Source of the DNA: an uncultured virus (IMG/VR IMGVR_UViG_2061766007_000176)
Lineage: Duplodnaviria; Heunggongvirae; Uroviricota; Caudoviricetes
Virus record (IMG/VR): IMGVR_UViG_2061766007_000176
DNA: 64,000 nucleotides
Reading direction: 5' to 3' (one strand)
Made by a program: the position numbers and the translations under genes
Shown here: positions 30,305-44,801 of the stretch, piece after piece
How positions within the stretch are numbered: position 1 is the stretch's first letter
Layout of the letters: every line of letters starts with the position of its first letter
The notes under the pieces: model-generated
Seen by the model: only the letters and a program-made list of their open reading frames with translations
Database searches by the model: none
Told to the model about the DNA's origin: nothing

Positions 30305-31089
30305 TGGCAATTTATAGAACAACAACAGCAGAATTGACAAGTATTGCTGATGCTATTCGCGCGAAAACCGGTGAAACTTCATCTTTAATATATCCTACTG
30401 GATTTGTAAGTGCTATTGAAGGAATTACAGCTGGCTCATCTGCACCATATAGCTATCTGGGTGAAAATGCTGAACTTATAGATACACTTTATGAGCATAC
30501 TTTTAAATTAAGTGATACTAATTTTAATGCTTCATCAATAACAACAAGTAATGCTACAATTTTAAATTATCAATCTCTCGGATCTATACAATTATCGGCA
30601 GATTATGATTATATAATAAAGAATAGTGCATACGTTTTATATGAATATACAGGAACAGTTACAGCATCACGATTTCTCGAAATGTATTACGCTGGACTCA
30701 TGCCATTTGGAAGAAAACCATCAGTACTAAATGACTTTACTAATAATACGGTTTCAACTGTAAGTACAGGAATTAGTACAGGATTATATAATGGTTTAAG
30801 GCATAATAATACTTGGACAGCTAATTCAGCCGGAATTACATTTAGTACTTATGGACCAACCTTTAGTAATAATACATCCAGTACTTTTGGAGCAACTCCA
30901 TATACATTAACAATACGTGCCAATTCTAATAGTACATATATGGCGGCAGATGCAATTAATGCTATAGATACAGATAAAACAACTATTTATATGAAAATAG
31001 AATTATATCGGTGTAATTAGAATGATATATGGCACGGTTTAAATGAAGAAACAGTTAAATTGTACTAGGCAGTACATAACTTAACATAA
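30304..31089 (+). CDS. Putative tail/virion protein (TAG=Gln)
   Basis: LTSIADAIRAKTG N-terminal motif. Confidence 0.75.
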
Positions 31090-31103
31090 GGAAGTGATTT
31101 ATA

Positions 31104-31796
31104 ATGGCTAATATAAGCTATGGAGTTAATATAATTCCAAAAACAAATAATACCTATACATTAGGTAATAGCGATTATAAATGGTCCAATATATATACAG
31201 TTTAGATTAATGGAACAAATGTTTCTAATTTAGCTACTAATACCACTGCCACAACATCCACAGCTGGCCTAATGAGCGCAGCAGACAAAACCAAGTTAAA
31301 TGCATTTGACGCACGAGAATGGGAAGTAATTAGAGAAGATACTTTTACTAATGCCGAAGAAGCAGATCATACAATTACAGTAGATGGAAATGGTAATGCA
31401 TTTGATCTTACTGATGTATTTTTTATGTTTGAAACCCCTCGTTCTGCTACCGTCGCATCAGCTAAAGGACGTTATGGGTAGATTCATTTTTATTATGATG
31501 CTACCAATTATTTTGCATCTGAATCTGGTGCTTGGACACAAGCTGCTGATACGGTATCCCATGGATTTGTAGTAAAAATTACATAGGAATTAGGTGGATT
31601 ATTTTTATGCTAGGAAACATAGCAGACAACCAGTACTAATAGCGCCGCTTGGAGAACAAGATATTATGGCGGTTTTACTGGCAACGGTCAAGGCGCGCAA
31701 AGGTTGACCGTAACAAGACATATTAGTAAAATAGTCATTCCAAGTGTAACTGGATTAGGCCATTATATATTAATAGGTAAACGAGCAGCATCTTAA
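31104..31796 (+). CDS. Tail-fibre-like protein (TAG=Gln)
   Basis: LGNSDYKWSNIY and AGLMSAADKTKLN motifs. Confidence 0.7.
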
Positions 31797-31810
31797 TGGA
31801 GGTAATTATT

Positions 31811-32107
31811 ATGGGAAGAACAATTCTTGAAGTAGATGCAACGATTGTGGATGCGACTGGTGCATTTAATCATATTACAAATTATCCAAAACGTTTTGAT
31901 TCTAATAGCTATTAGGGAGATTTAGAAGGTACCATGAAACGCGCAAAAGCCGAATATCATAGCACATTAAGTGCTATGTATGCAAATCAGGCTGGGCGCC
32001 AAATTCAAACTGTTAGATTAACTAATGTTAAAGGAGAAACAATTCTTCGTGAAAGCATTGGTGATTTTATTATAGCAAACGAAGAAGAGGAAGAAGAGGG
32101 TGCGTAA
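31811..32107 (+). CDS. Hypothetical protein (TAG=Gln)
   Basis: RBS GGAGG; 1 TAG; terminator follows. Confidence 0.65.
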
Positions 32108-32181
32108 GCACCCTCTTTTTTTATTTGACTTTTTATTAAAATTTTAGTATAATATATATAGAAATAGATGGAGGAAATTTT

Positions 32182-33357
32182 ATGATTAAATGTCCATATT
32201 GCGGCGAATCATATTACGCTGAAAACTATAGAGTCTCTACATCAATGTGGTGGACACCAATTTATAAAAATGGTGTTTTAGTAAATGATAATCCGAATAG
32301 TTCTACAGTACATTGCACTTGTATAAATTGCCATAAAGACTTTTCATATAATACTAAGGAGATAGCTGATGAAGATAATATCCGCCCTCTCTAAACTATT
32401 GTGCCACCATTCGTGGTACGTTCTATATCGTGGCAATCTTCAAAAATTATGTAGATGTCGTCTATGTGGAAAAGAGCAATGGTTTAAAACTTGACTTTTT
32501 TCAAAAATTATACTATAATAAATATAGAAAGAAATGGAGGACATTCTAATGAAACGTATTTTACGCCTTGATGAAGACGATATTATAAGAATTTTAACTA
32601 AATGTTATAAAGTTCAACCTGATCAGGTACGTGCATTTTATGCCGACCAAGAAGATAAGGATACAGAAGAAATAGAAACCAAATTCTTTGTGGAGATTGA
32701 AGAAAATGCACGATAATGTTGATAGAATGGCCGATATTATACTTATTGGCGCGGCTTTAACTATAATTATACTAAAGATTACTAATATTATTACAATATC
32801 ATGGTTTTGGTTGTTTAGTCCTATAATTTTTTTATTTGGTTTTGGAATTATACTTGCGATTGGATTAACAATAGCTTGCTTAATTAATATGTATATAGAA
32901 AATAAAAGGAGAAACAAAGATGAAAGGTATTAAGATGTCAGATTGTCGGTTTTATGTAGATGAAACCGCGCGAGTAATAGTATGCGTAATCCCGAATACG
33001 GAATATATGGTAGAAGATTTTATCAGAGATAATTTCGAATATCCAGAAATGGATTTTACCGCTTATGGTAGACTGCGTAATATGATTAAAATGCCATATT
33101 CTTTTATGGGGAAAGCGACTTGCGCGCCCGAAGATGAATGGAATGAAGAACTCGGCAAAAAAATTGCTTTTGCGAAGGCAAAAGATAAGTGTTATAAGAG
33201 TTTCTTTAAGCGGGCAAATGTATATGTTCAGTGTGTCGATCGCCGGTTAGGTGATATGATCAGTGCTTTCAATGATTTCGGCCTTAAACTATCGGTGAAG
33301 CGCGAAGCACTCGAAAAAATTATTGAAAGTGCAACAAAAAAAGAGGGAGATGCTTAA
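32182..33357 (+). CDS. TAG-free island of five small genes (32182-32394, 32369-32494, 32549-32716, 32706-32933, 32920-33357)
   Basis: Two SigA promoters (TTGACT...TATAAT / TATACT); intact in the standard code. Confidence 0.7.
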
Positions 33358-33998
33358 AGCATCTCCCCAATTTCTTTTAGAGCCTATTTAACAACCTATT
33401 CTACCTCTTTTATTATATCAATATAATCTTCCTATTTCATTTCAATTTGTTTTAAAGTCGTATAAGGATAATAGAAACTTAAAATATCCCTAAACCCAGT
33501 ACCTTGTTTAGCCGCTGTGATAGCACCAGACTAGGACATGCCAACACCATGTCCATTCTTTTTTTCTGTTGTCCAATTATCTTTGCGCGCGATTAGATAA
33601 TTACGTTTACCGCCCCAAACTTCTTCACTTGAATAAGTGCGACCACCATTAGACTAACAAAAATATGTTGACGCGTATTTACCACCATACATTAGGACCT
33701 AATTAATAGTAGCTTTTGCAGCGGATTGTGCATTTTTATATGTATAACGAGGTGCGCGAAAAGCTTGCGCTTTGCTTGCGCTATCACTAATAATCTTTCC
33801 ATCAAGCACTCCTTGTGCGCAAGCGTATGTACGTGAAGCGATCGCCTATGCTTTTAAAGCTTCTGCAGGCGCATTTCCCATCTCGCTTGCTACAACAATC
33901 GCAACATAATCTTCAAGTTCTATTTCTTTTATAGTATTTTTCTCACACCCATAGAACTTCATATTTTCATTAGTTGTAATTTTAACTTTAATTTTCAT
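33354..33998 (-). CDS. SpoIID/LytB-family peptidoglycan lytic transglycosylase (TAG=Gln, 214 aa)
   Basis: LEDYVAIVVASEM...EALKA*AIASRTY and GHGVGMS*SGA...ILSFYYP; absent from the ORF track. Confidence 0.9.
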
Positions 33999-34071
33999 AT
34001 AGCATCACCTCTAAAATTTAGTATTTGACAAATCCCAAAATTATGGTATAATTTTATTATGAGGTGAGAAT

Positions 34072-34491
34072 ATGAAGGAAAGATATTTTAAGTTTGCAAA
34101 AGAAGCGGCGCAATGGGCTGATTATCAAGGAACGAGATCCGCGCCAGCTATTGGTGCAATTGCTGTCTATAAAGGTTCTATTGTAGCAGATGCTTGGAAT
34201 ACAAACAAAACTTCACCGCTTCAAGCACGCTATAATGTTTATAGATACGCGCCCGCGGATACGCCATGTAAAGCACATTGTGAAACTCAACTCATTCAAA
34301 AATTACGTTGGAAATTTGGAGATTCTATAGATTGGATGAAAGTTCATATTTATTTATATAGAGAATATAAGGACGGTTCATTAGCACCATCGCGCCCATG
34401 CCCTTCCTGTATGGCGATGCTCCGAGATTTGAATATTAAAAAAATAATGTATACTACTGAAGATGGCTTTGCCGAGGAGAAAATTAAATGA
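34072..34491 (+). CDS. Zinc-dependent cytidine/dCMP deaminase-fold protein
   Basis: HCE and PCPSC motifs; SigA promoter; no TAG. Confidence 0.8.
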   Translation: MKERYFKFAKEAAQWADYQGTRSAPAIGAIAVYKGSIVADAWNTNKTSPLQARYNVYRYAPADTPCKAHCETQLIQKLRWKFGDSIDWMKVHIYLYREYKDGSLAPSRPCPSCMAMLRDLNIKKIMYTTEDGFAEEKIK

Positions 34492-34697
34492 GATATGACA
34501 CTAAGCATCTGTCATTTTTAAATCCTCATATTATAATATGTGATAGATGTGGTAAAGAACAATTTGATCATAAACATTTTTTAAAGATAATCACTGAAAG
34601 TAGTGAAGGATATGGACACGTGTCATATGAAATATGTCCTAAATGTGAAAAAGCATTTGAAGAGTGGATAACTAAAAAAGAAATTGCGTCTAAATGA
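34488..34697 (+). CDS. Small zinc-finger protein
   Basis: CDRC and CPKC. Confidence 0.65.
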   Translation: MRYDTKHLSFLNPHIIICDRCGKEQFDHKHFLKIITESSEGYGHVSYEICPKCEKAFEEWITKKEIASK

Positions 34698-34811
34698 CGC
34701 GATTTTTTTTATTTATTAAAAACTAAAACTATAATTACTGAATTGCGGCAATACTAATCTGTTAGAAAGAAGTTTATGCTTCTTTAACAAAATCTGAGAA
34801 AAAGGAGGTAA

Positions 34812-37800
34812 ATGGTTATGGCGTTACATACGTATAATAAGACGACATGGAAGGTCGGCGATCCAATTACGCAAGAGTTAATGAATCATATTGAAACTGG
34901 TATTAAAGATGCTTATACCGATATATCAACAATTGATTCAACTGTTGGAACCCATATCACCGCTATTAGTGAGATAAATGGAACTTTAAGTGGTATAGAT
35001 AGTGATATTGATAGACTAGAACGTGATGTAGCTAATATTGGTGTATATGGTAAAGAAGGCGATGCGGCCTGGAACCAAGTTGCTGCTGTAGTTCAAATAG
35101 CAAGTGGTACTGTGGAACAAGGTAATTTAGTTTACACTAAAACCTTAAAACAAATTATAGATACAATTGATGCTAAGGCTGGTAGTACTGCTAACGAAGT
35201 TTCTGCCGCGCGTAAGGGACAATCGACTTTAGCCGATAAGATAGATGCGATAGATACTACACTTACTAGCTTATCTGGTGGTATCACTACTATTAATGAT
35301 AAATTCGCTTCTGCTAAAGTTAGTCCTTATTATGGTGATCGTAATTCTATAGATCAACGTTTATCGGAAGAAGAAGCAAGAACCAGAGATGTAATTACTG
35401 AAGTATCTAATGCTCATGAATCTACTACATTTAATAAGATTAATGAGAATAAATATGCTTCATTAGATGATCGTTTTGAAGCTGATGAAGTTCGTATTCA
35501 AAATATATAGACTGAATTAGCTAATGCTCACGAATCCACTGCTTTAAGTAGAACTGGAATTAGTGCTTTCGGATCTATTGATGCGCGTTTTGAAGCAATT
35601 GAAGAAGAATTGGTCGGTACAAATGCTATTAGTTCTCGTATTGATACATTAGCTGGTGATGTTAGCGATTTATCTACTAACAAAATTAATACTTCAGCTA
35701 TCGCAAATAATCTAACTACTGATACTGCTGGAAAAGTATTAGATGCTCGTCAAGGTAAAGCATTAAATGATGCTAAAATTAATTATACTGATATAATTGA
35801 TGATGTAACTCATACTGATACTGATAAACCATTAAGCGCCAATCAAGGTAAAGTATTAAAAGATGCTATTGATACTATCAGTAGCGGATTAAATACAGCT
35901 GAAACTGGATTAGTAGCAAGAGTTAGTGCGCTAGAAACTGAAGTAGATATGACCTCTGCTAGTAGTCGTATTGATAGTGCCTTATCACGTCTAGATGCGA
36001 TTGATGATAGTAGCACTGGCGCGATTAAGGGTATTAATGATAAGATCGATACTATCGCGGGTGAACTTGGTATGACCGATACTAATGGCTTAAAAACATT
36101 AGGTACTCGTGTTGATGAATTAGAAGGTAATATTGAAACCGTAGCTACTGAATTAGGTATGGTTCAGAGCGGTGAAATCGTTAATACTAATACACGTATT
36201 GATACATTAGATGCCACTATTAATGATGCTTCTACTGGTTTAGCAGCAACAAAGGCTATTGCTGACGCGGCCGCGACCGCAAGCGATCTAACTGCTTTAG
36301 CTGGTCGTGTTACTACATTAGAAAATAATCCACAATCTTCTACATTAGTTGTAGAACAAGTAACATACAATAATGATGGTATTCCTACTAATATAAGTAG
36401 TCCTTCCGCTGATATTGATTATCTATTAAAGAAAGATAATGATTATTACTATTGGAAATATATTAATAATACTTGGAAACTTATTAGTGGAGGCGGCGGA
36501 AGTGGGACTTCTTCTGCTGAGTTCTATTCTACTTTACCTATTACTGGTGAAGAAACAGTTGATTACTTTATTGGATCTGGTACTAATTATATTCACTATC
36601 GTTATTTAAATAATACATGGGTACAAATTCTACCAGAAGGACTTATCAATAATGTATCTGTTGATACCTCTTCAATTACTGTTGGAGAAGGTGCTAGTGC
36701 TATTACTACAAATAAGAGCAGACCAATTATTACAGCTATTGGTAGTGAAACTAACTTATTAGCTGGTTTTAATGCTATTCAATCTTTCACCGCTGAAGCA
36801 CTTCAAGATAATGCTGGATATAAATTAACTTGGGTTAATATAGATGGCGAATCTAATGATATTACTATTACGGGTGGCGGCGGATCAGCATCCGCGGCAA
36901 ATGCGACTATTACCCGTATTACTGATGGTAATATTACAACCATTACAGGAGAACCATGTAATATTAGTTTTAAATATATCGCTACTGAAGCAGACGGATC
37001 TCTCGCGGCAACAACAGCAACTGCTACATGGTATGTTAATAGAGTGCGCGTTGCGACATCTCCTGTTACTATAAATCAACCTAATGATGAACAAGTTCCA
37101 TCAACATTAACTGATTATAATACATTTAATATTGCTTCTTATTTACAAACTGGTGTAAATAGTATTACATTAAGTGTTAGTATTGTTCTTGATGATGAAA
37201 CAATTACTCGCACTAAAACATGGTCTGTTGATGTTAAAAATTTCTCATTAGAATGGGAATATGATGAAAGTACTGTTAATAGTGATGATAATATTGTATT
37301 CTCTTGTGTCCCATATGGTATTGATCTTACAAAGACACTATATTTAAAAGTGGGCGCGAATACACAAACTCAAACTGTTACAACAAGTGGTATTCCTACA
37401 ACTGTAACATTAGCTAATAATTTTAATCATGGTGTGTATACTGCGGAGATGTGGATGACAGCTACAATTAATGGTTAGTTAAAAGAAACTACTCCTCATA
37501 TTTTCCATGATTTTCTTGTAGTTGAGGCAGGTAATACTGCTCCGATTATTGCTGCGACTTTACCAGCCACTACTATTAATCAATATGATACTATTACTAT
37601 TCCATTTGTAGTTTATAATCCAACATCCACGACTTCAACCATTACTTTATCAGAGGGTGTAACAGTAGTAGATACGCGCGAAAATATAGGAAGAACAACT
37701 CAAAGATGGTATTATACTCCTATGACTTCCGGCGCGAAAACATTAACAATTACTTGTGGTACATCTACTAAAACATTAAATCTCACTGTTAATAGTGTAA

Positions 37801-40800
37801 ATATTAATAATGAAGAAATTGGTGGATATGCTTTTAAACTAAAGGCTAGTGAATTACCAAGTAATAATGCTTTATAGAATTGGTATTATGGTAATCCAAA
37901 TACAACTAAACTACAATTCTCTAATAATTTTGACTGGATTAATGGTGGTATTCAGACTGAATTGGATGAAAATAATCAAATTCGTCAATATATTCGTATT
38001 AAATCCGGTACAACGATGACAATTCCATATAAGATGTTCGCAACTGATCCTCGTAGTAATGGCGCGAATTTCAAAATTATTTTTAAAGTAGATAACTGTC
38101 GTGATTATGATGCTAATGTATTATCTAACATGGATCAAATTACTAATGAAAATGAAGACTTAATAGATAATATTGGTATTAAAATCAATGCTCATAATGC
38201 TATATTTAAATCCACAACTACTGAAATTAAGACCCAGTATGGTGAAGATGAATATACTGAACTTGAATTTGAAGTATATAAGGCAACTGATAATCAAGGT
38301 AATGAAGTTGCTGGATAGTATATGATGGCATGGATTGATGGTGTTATGACAACCGCGCGCAAATATGGCGGTAACTTTGTATAGGATGACAATAATCGTA
38401 AAGACATCGTTATTGGATCTATGGCTTGTGATATTTGTATTTATTTAATTAAATATTATGCGAAAGCATTAACTCGTAATGATCATATTACAAACTTTAT
38501 TGCCGATGCTCCAAATGCCGCAGAAATGGTTGCGCGTTATAATAGAAATGATATTTTAGACGCCGATGGAGAAATTAGTTATGAAAAACTTGCTCATAAC
38601 AATCGTGATTGTCGTGTTTGGTTATATGATATTTCTCGTATGACTAAGGCAAAAGACGATTCCGTTGATGTTTATAATTTCCAACAAATTTGGGAAAATG
38701 GTGATGATTATTATCAATTACAAGGTACTAATGCGAAAATGAAGATTCAGGGTACATCTTCTGTTAACTATCGTTATGGTGCGGCAAATACTGATATTGA
38801 TTTTGGTAAAAAGAAAGCACCAAATGCTACATTAGTAGATGGACGCGGAAATAATCTATTAGATGATAATCTTGAATATCCTGGATTTAAAATTAATGAT
38901 AACTCTTTACCAATTACATATTCAAATACAAAAGTTAACTTTGCTTCTTGTGAACAAGTTAATAATATGTGTAATGCTGAGTGGTATCAACGTTATCAAC
39001 CATTCCCAAGCTTATCCGCGCGTGACTGTATGGAATTCGCGATGGGCGTTCAATTTATTAAAGACAGACATGAAAGTGAACCATCTGATGGTATTCCTCT
39101 ATTTACAGAAAAAACCAATTTCAATTCTGAAAAATACTATATGTATTCTATCGCAAATATGGGAACTTCCAAAAAGAATACTCATATTTTCCACTCTGAA
39201 GATGAATGCTGTATTGAAATTAAAGAAAATACATCTAATGCTCAAAAAATGAAATCTTTCGACAGTGCCTGGACCGATAATGATGCGAATGTTTAGAACT
39301 ATGAAATGCGTTATCCAGACGTTAAGAATACTAAAGTTCCAAATGATATTAGAGATGGTTGGGCACGTTTTGTACAGTGGATGGTCGCTAATGATCCTAA
39401 TGCAGCAACCGACGCAGTGTTAGACAGTGCAGTAACATTTGCACCTTATACATTCCGTGGTCATAATCGTACTGTTACAGAAACTGAAGGGCGTAACTTT
39501 AAATAGGTATTACGTGGAGTTACAGTATCTTAGTATGCTGGCACTTATGATCATGATACATTCGAATATCGTATGGCAAAAATGCTATCAGAATGTGAAG
39601 ATTATATGGCAATGGACTCTATTATTTACCATTTCTGCTTTATCGAGCGTCATACAATGGTTGATAATGTAGCTAAAAATACATTCTGGTCTTCTTTAAA
39701 AGAAGTTGGCGGTCCAAATGATGAAGAAGGATACTGGATCTGGGATTTAAGTAAAAACTATGATAATGATACTTCTGATGGTAATAATAATAATGGCCTA
39801 TTAGTATTTGATTATGGTAACGAGGCAACCGATACTCGTGAAGGCACTCCAGTCTTTAATGGTAGTGACGCAGTTTGGTTCGTATTCGCAAGTAATCTAT
39901 ATGAAGCTTGCCGCGCGATGTTCATAGATCGTGAAGCAATAGGTGCTTGGAATAGTACTAATTATCATAATTACTTAACTACTGAACAGAAGAAAGTACC
40001 AGAACGTGTATGGAATGAATGTTATTGGTATGATTACTTACGTACTTATGAAGCAGCAGTAGCTGATCCAGAGAATGAAAATCTTGATCCACTCTGGATT
40101 GGTTTCCTCGATGGCGGTCAAAAGATACATCAACGTAATCATTATGAAACATATGAAGAAATTTACGATTCTTCTAAATATAGAGGCGGTTTTGCTCATA
40201 ATCAAGCAGTTGTTCTCCGTGGTGAGGCAATTGATTATTAGACATTAGGACTACCCGCGCAAGAAAGTAAATTTACTATCACGATGTTTAATAAATGTTA
40301 TTTAACAATTTGGATCGGTACAAACTATCAGACAGTTAAATGTCAGAAGGGCGTTCCTGTTACATTATATTTCTATGAAGATAATGATCCAAACCAAGGC
40401 TATATGTCACTTTCTAACTCTGTTATTGAAATTGACTCTGGATCAATGATTCAAACAATTGGTGACTTATCACTAATTTATCCAAGTAGCGGTCAATTTG
40501 CACCAGCAAAGAGATTACGTTCATTACAAATTGGTTCAGATGTTGCAGGATATTATAATCCTAATATGAATACTAATACAGTATTAACATTCAATAATAG
40601 AATGCTAGAGTACTTATATGTATAGAATCTACCACAAGCAACTTATGATCTAGATTTAAGAAATTGTCCAGAATTAAAGTATATTAATGCGGCTGGTTCT
40701 GGTTTTACTGGTTTCACATTTGCTAATGGCGGATTATTAAATGAAGCATATATTAATGCTCCTACAAGCTTAATTATGCGTAATCTTGACTATTTAACTA

Positions 40801-43316
40801 ATGCTAATTTCCATCTTGCTACTCCAACAGCAGTAACTTCATTACGTTTAGAAGGATGTAAGTTATTTAATAACTATACTTTCATTAATCAATTAACTAA
40901 CTTAAATGTATTACGCTTAACTAATATTAATTGGTCATTAGATAATAATACATTATTAGATAGATTACTTAATCTAATGGGTATTGATGAATCTGGATAT
41001 ACAGTGTCTCAATCTTATTTAGCTGGTAATGTTGAATTAATCGGTACTGTATATGGTGGAGATTATAATGATTATCTAAGCGCTTGGAGTCCTGACTTAG
41101 TAATTGATGTTTCTCACGCAAGTCAATTTATTGCTTAGCATTTAGTATCATATTATGATGAAGACGGTACACTTTTAATGAGTAAATACATCAATCATGG
41201 TAATAATATTGTTGATATTGTTAATACTCAAGAATTAGCAACTCCAACTAAAGCAGCAGATATCCAATATCAATATATTTTTGGTAGCTTACAATATAGT
41301 TAGTATTTACCATATTCTGGTTGGCGCCTTTCTTCTGATTCTCAATCTATTAGAGAAACTTACGGCGCGAATCCGAATGTTCCTGTTAATGGAGATACTA
41401 GTGTATATGCTGTTTATACTACTACACCATAGCAATATGTTGTGCGCTGGGTTGTTGGCAATAAGATAATCACAACCACTGAGCCACAAAATTATGGTGG
41501 CGGTTATAACTTATCTGCTCCAACTATTAAAGATGTACAAAACGCGGGCGCTAGCACTTGCTCCTTTACTGATAACGGTAATGGTACTTGTAGTTATCGT
41601 ATCATGACAGGTTGGGAAAAATTACCTACTAATATTTCTCCTACAAGCGCAACCGGTCCATATGATATTAATGCGACTTGGTTAGAGCGCACAAATGTTA
41701 ACTGTAATACAGTATTAACTAGTAATGAGTATAGTGTAGAAGAAAAATTGTTAGTGCTGAAAAATATTTAGAGTATGAGAGCTAATCTCGAAATATAGGA
41801 TGTATTCCCAGTAACCCTAGGTTATGATGGTATTAAACCAGGAATTACATTATTAGCTTCGCCAAAGCGTTATACTGGTACAGCGGATGCTCCAATTACA
41901 ACTTACAGTCCATTTAGCGCGGATAAGAGTTTTACATTAGCAATCGATTATCGTTTTGAACACGTTGTTAATGATTCAGCAAATGAAGCTGTATTAATGT
42001 CCTGTTATAATGATTCTGAAGGTAGTATTCAAGGATTTAAACTTTTCTATAATCCAAGATCTACTAATAGTAATCCTGTACCTCAAATTAGTTTTGGTAG
42101 TACAGCAACAATTAGTGATACAAATGTATATACTATTGGTTCTACTATTAATAATCGTGGCATGCTTGTATTAAGACACATTGCTGGAGAACCAATGTTA
42201 TATGTGTATTCTGGTTCTAATACAGGTGGATTAATTACAGAATATGATGCTAATACTTTCCGTAAAGTATTAACAATTGAGAATTTTGTAGCATCCAATG
42301 CGAAGATTATTCTCGGTGGTATTAATTCCAGTAGTTCTTCTTCTGCTAATGCCAGCGGTACAATTTATTCTGTTAAATATTGGGAAGAAGATTTAGGTAA
42401 TGGTGAATGTATGTAGTTAGCTAATTGGTGTCATGAAACAATGAACTTTGCGGTTCAAGATTTTACTGAAACAGCTGCGCATAGCGCATTACCAATTCAA
42501 AATACCAATATTATACTTCATACATTAAATGCTTCATAGATGGGTACTATCACAGACGCATTAATTGATACTTCTACAGAATCTTCTGTTGGTTGGGATC
42601 CTTCTACTATTAGAACATTCTATAATAATCGTCTATATAATGCTTTACCAATTAAATTATAGAGTATTATGGCGCCAGTAGCAATTAAGCATGTAAAGGC
42701 TCCTAAAGGAGATGCGGGTTATAGTATTGGTAACAATGACTCTACAACACTTGATTATGTATTCGCACCAAGCTATCGTGAAATTGGTATGTAGGCTGGT
42801 GATAATGAGAATTATCTAAATGAATCTTCTGGTAAGTTTGTTTGGTCTGGATTAAAGATTCTATAGTATTCTAATGGACAATTTGTTCAGTAGTCCAATG
42901 CTAATTATATTAATATCAGATTCCCATATCAACCAATAATTATTAATAGTAATACTAAAGTTTTCTTAGATTATCCGTCTACTAGCGGTAGTTTTGAATC
43001 ATATGCTAGCAATCAAGCTTTAGGATTAAGAACCGGTGATATATTAATTCCTAGCAATCATGCTGCAGCTTATATTTATATTAGTGGTACTGATGTAATT
43101 AATGGTGCGCCATTCTCATTAAATACTGCTAATTATTTAACTACTTCAACAGGTGCCTGGATTGAATCTACTTCTTGGTGGACTCGTTCTGTTTCAACAG
43201 GCACGATGGCTGGACGTAATAATTCTAGATTTATTTCTATTAATAATATTGGCACAGCACAATCTGGTACATCTAATATTAGAACTAATGGCATTGTTTA
43301 TTCAATAGCACTATAA
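34812..43316 (+). CDS. Giant virion/tail protein, 2,834 aa (TAG=Gln)
   Basis: Ten ORF-track fragments share one frame, broken only by about 20 TAG; coiled-coil N-terminus, beta-rich middle, CotH-like segment, LRR-like segment, WWTRS near the C-terminus. Confidence 0.85.
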
Positions 43317-43331
43317 TAGAGGTGAGCATTT

Positions 43332-44060
43332 ATGACATATTATAAAATTATATTAAATGATTAGATTATTGGTGTTACAACCTCTGATTATTGCTTTTAT
43401 TTTCAAACAAAGCACTCTATGTTACAGCGCACCAATATTGCGAATGCTGAATATATTGAATGTTCTAATGCTTTATATCATGCTTCATGGATGTAGCCAA
43501 TAAAAACTGATTTATATAATTATGAAATGGCGGAGATTATTTCTATCGGGGAACAAGAATATAACATTCTTGTTCCCGCGGTGGAAACCGCTCCTGTTCC
43601 AATAGAGGAAGAAGAAGAACCTGTAATTGAAATTCCTACTAATCCTGTAGATGAAATTACATTAGAATATGTACGTGCTTCTAAAATTAATCAAATGAGT
43701 ACGGCTTGTCGTACTATTATAGAAAATGGTTTTGATCTTGAGCTTCGCGGTGAAACTCGTCATTTCTCTTTAGATACACAAGATCAACTTAATTTAATAA
43801 GTTTAAGCGCGATGGCACAAACTCAACAATTAATTCCATATCATGCTGATGGTGAGGCATGCGTGTTTTATACAAATGAAGAAATTAATGAAATTGTTGA
43901 AACAGCTACCGCATTTAAAATTTATCATACAACATACTATAACGCACTAAAAGGTTATATCAATGTTTTAGATACAATTGAGGCTATTGCCGCAATTGAA
44001 TATGGAACTCCAATTCCAGAAGAATATAAATCTGACGTATTAAGAGCGCTTGAACAATGA
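43332..44060 (+). CDS. DUF4376-like tail-assembly-associated protein (TAG=Gln)
   Basis: FSLDTQDQLNL...YHADGEAC. Confidence 0.7.
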
Positions 44061-44467
44061 AAACATTCTTTAAGAACTTAATATTATTTATAGTATTCGG
44101 GGCCATTTATTTTGGCCTCGAATGCTTATATAAAGGACATATTACTCATTGGAGTATGTTTGTTCTGGCTGGTGGAATTGGAGTACTTATTGGCGGTATT
44201 AATGAATTTATACCTTGGGAAATGCCGTTTATAAAATAGTGCTTTATAGGTATGTGTTTAGCTACAATAGGTGAATTTTTTACAGGTATAATAGTTAATA
44301 TTATATTTGAATTAAATGTATGGCATTATAATATACTAGCATTTGGATGGGGCTAGTGTAGTGTAATATTTTGTGCGATTTGGTTTTTACTCGCGGGCGT
44401 TTGTATAGTAATAGATGATCTAATACGATGGAAATGGTTTGGGGAGGAAAAGCCAGTCTATTATTAA
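44057..44467 (+). CDS. Four-TM membrane protein (TAG=Gln)
   Basis: HWSMF, EFFTG, VWHY...G*CS. Confidence 0.75.
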
Positions 44468-44482
44468 AGGGGTGAAACGGTT

Positions 44483-44791
44483 ATGAAAGTTATAGAATGT
44501 ATATCTGAAGACATTGAAGCTACAATGGATTTAGCTGAAAATAACATTAAGAAAGCGATTATGTTTAAAGAGGATTATCCTCTCGCGGCAAAATCCTATT
44601 ACTCCAAGTCAGTAGTTTTAATGGATAGTATTAAACCACAACATGATGCTGCGGTCGCCTTAATTGAAGCATATCGTAAAGAAAATGGCGAACCACCAGC
44701 ACCAATGATGGCAATTTATAATTATATGCATGGGCGGCACATCAGTAAGGCCGCAGCAATTAAAAACTTACAAGATATGTATGTAAAATGA
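44483..44791 (+). CDS. Hypothetical protein
   Basis: Intact ORF with RBS. Confidence 0.7.
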   Translation: MKVIECISEDIEATMDLAENNIKKAIMFKEDYPLAAKSYYSKSVVLMDSIKPQHDAAVALIEAYRKENGEPPAPMMAIYNYMHGRHISKAAAIKNLQDMYVK

Positions 44792-44801
44792 GGTGATGCT
44801 T

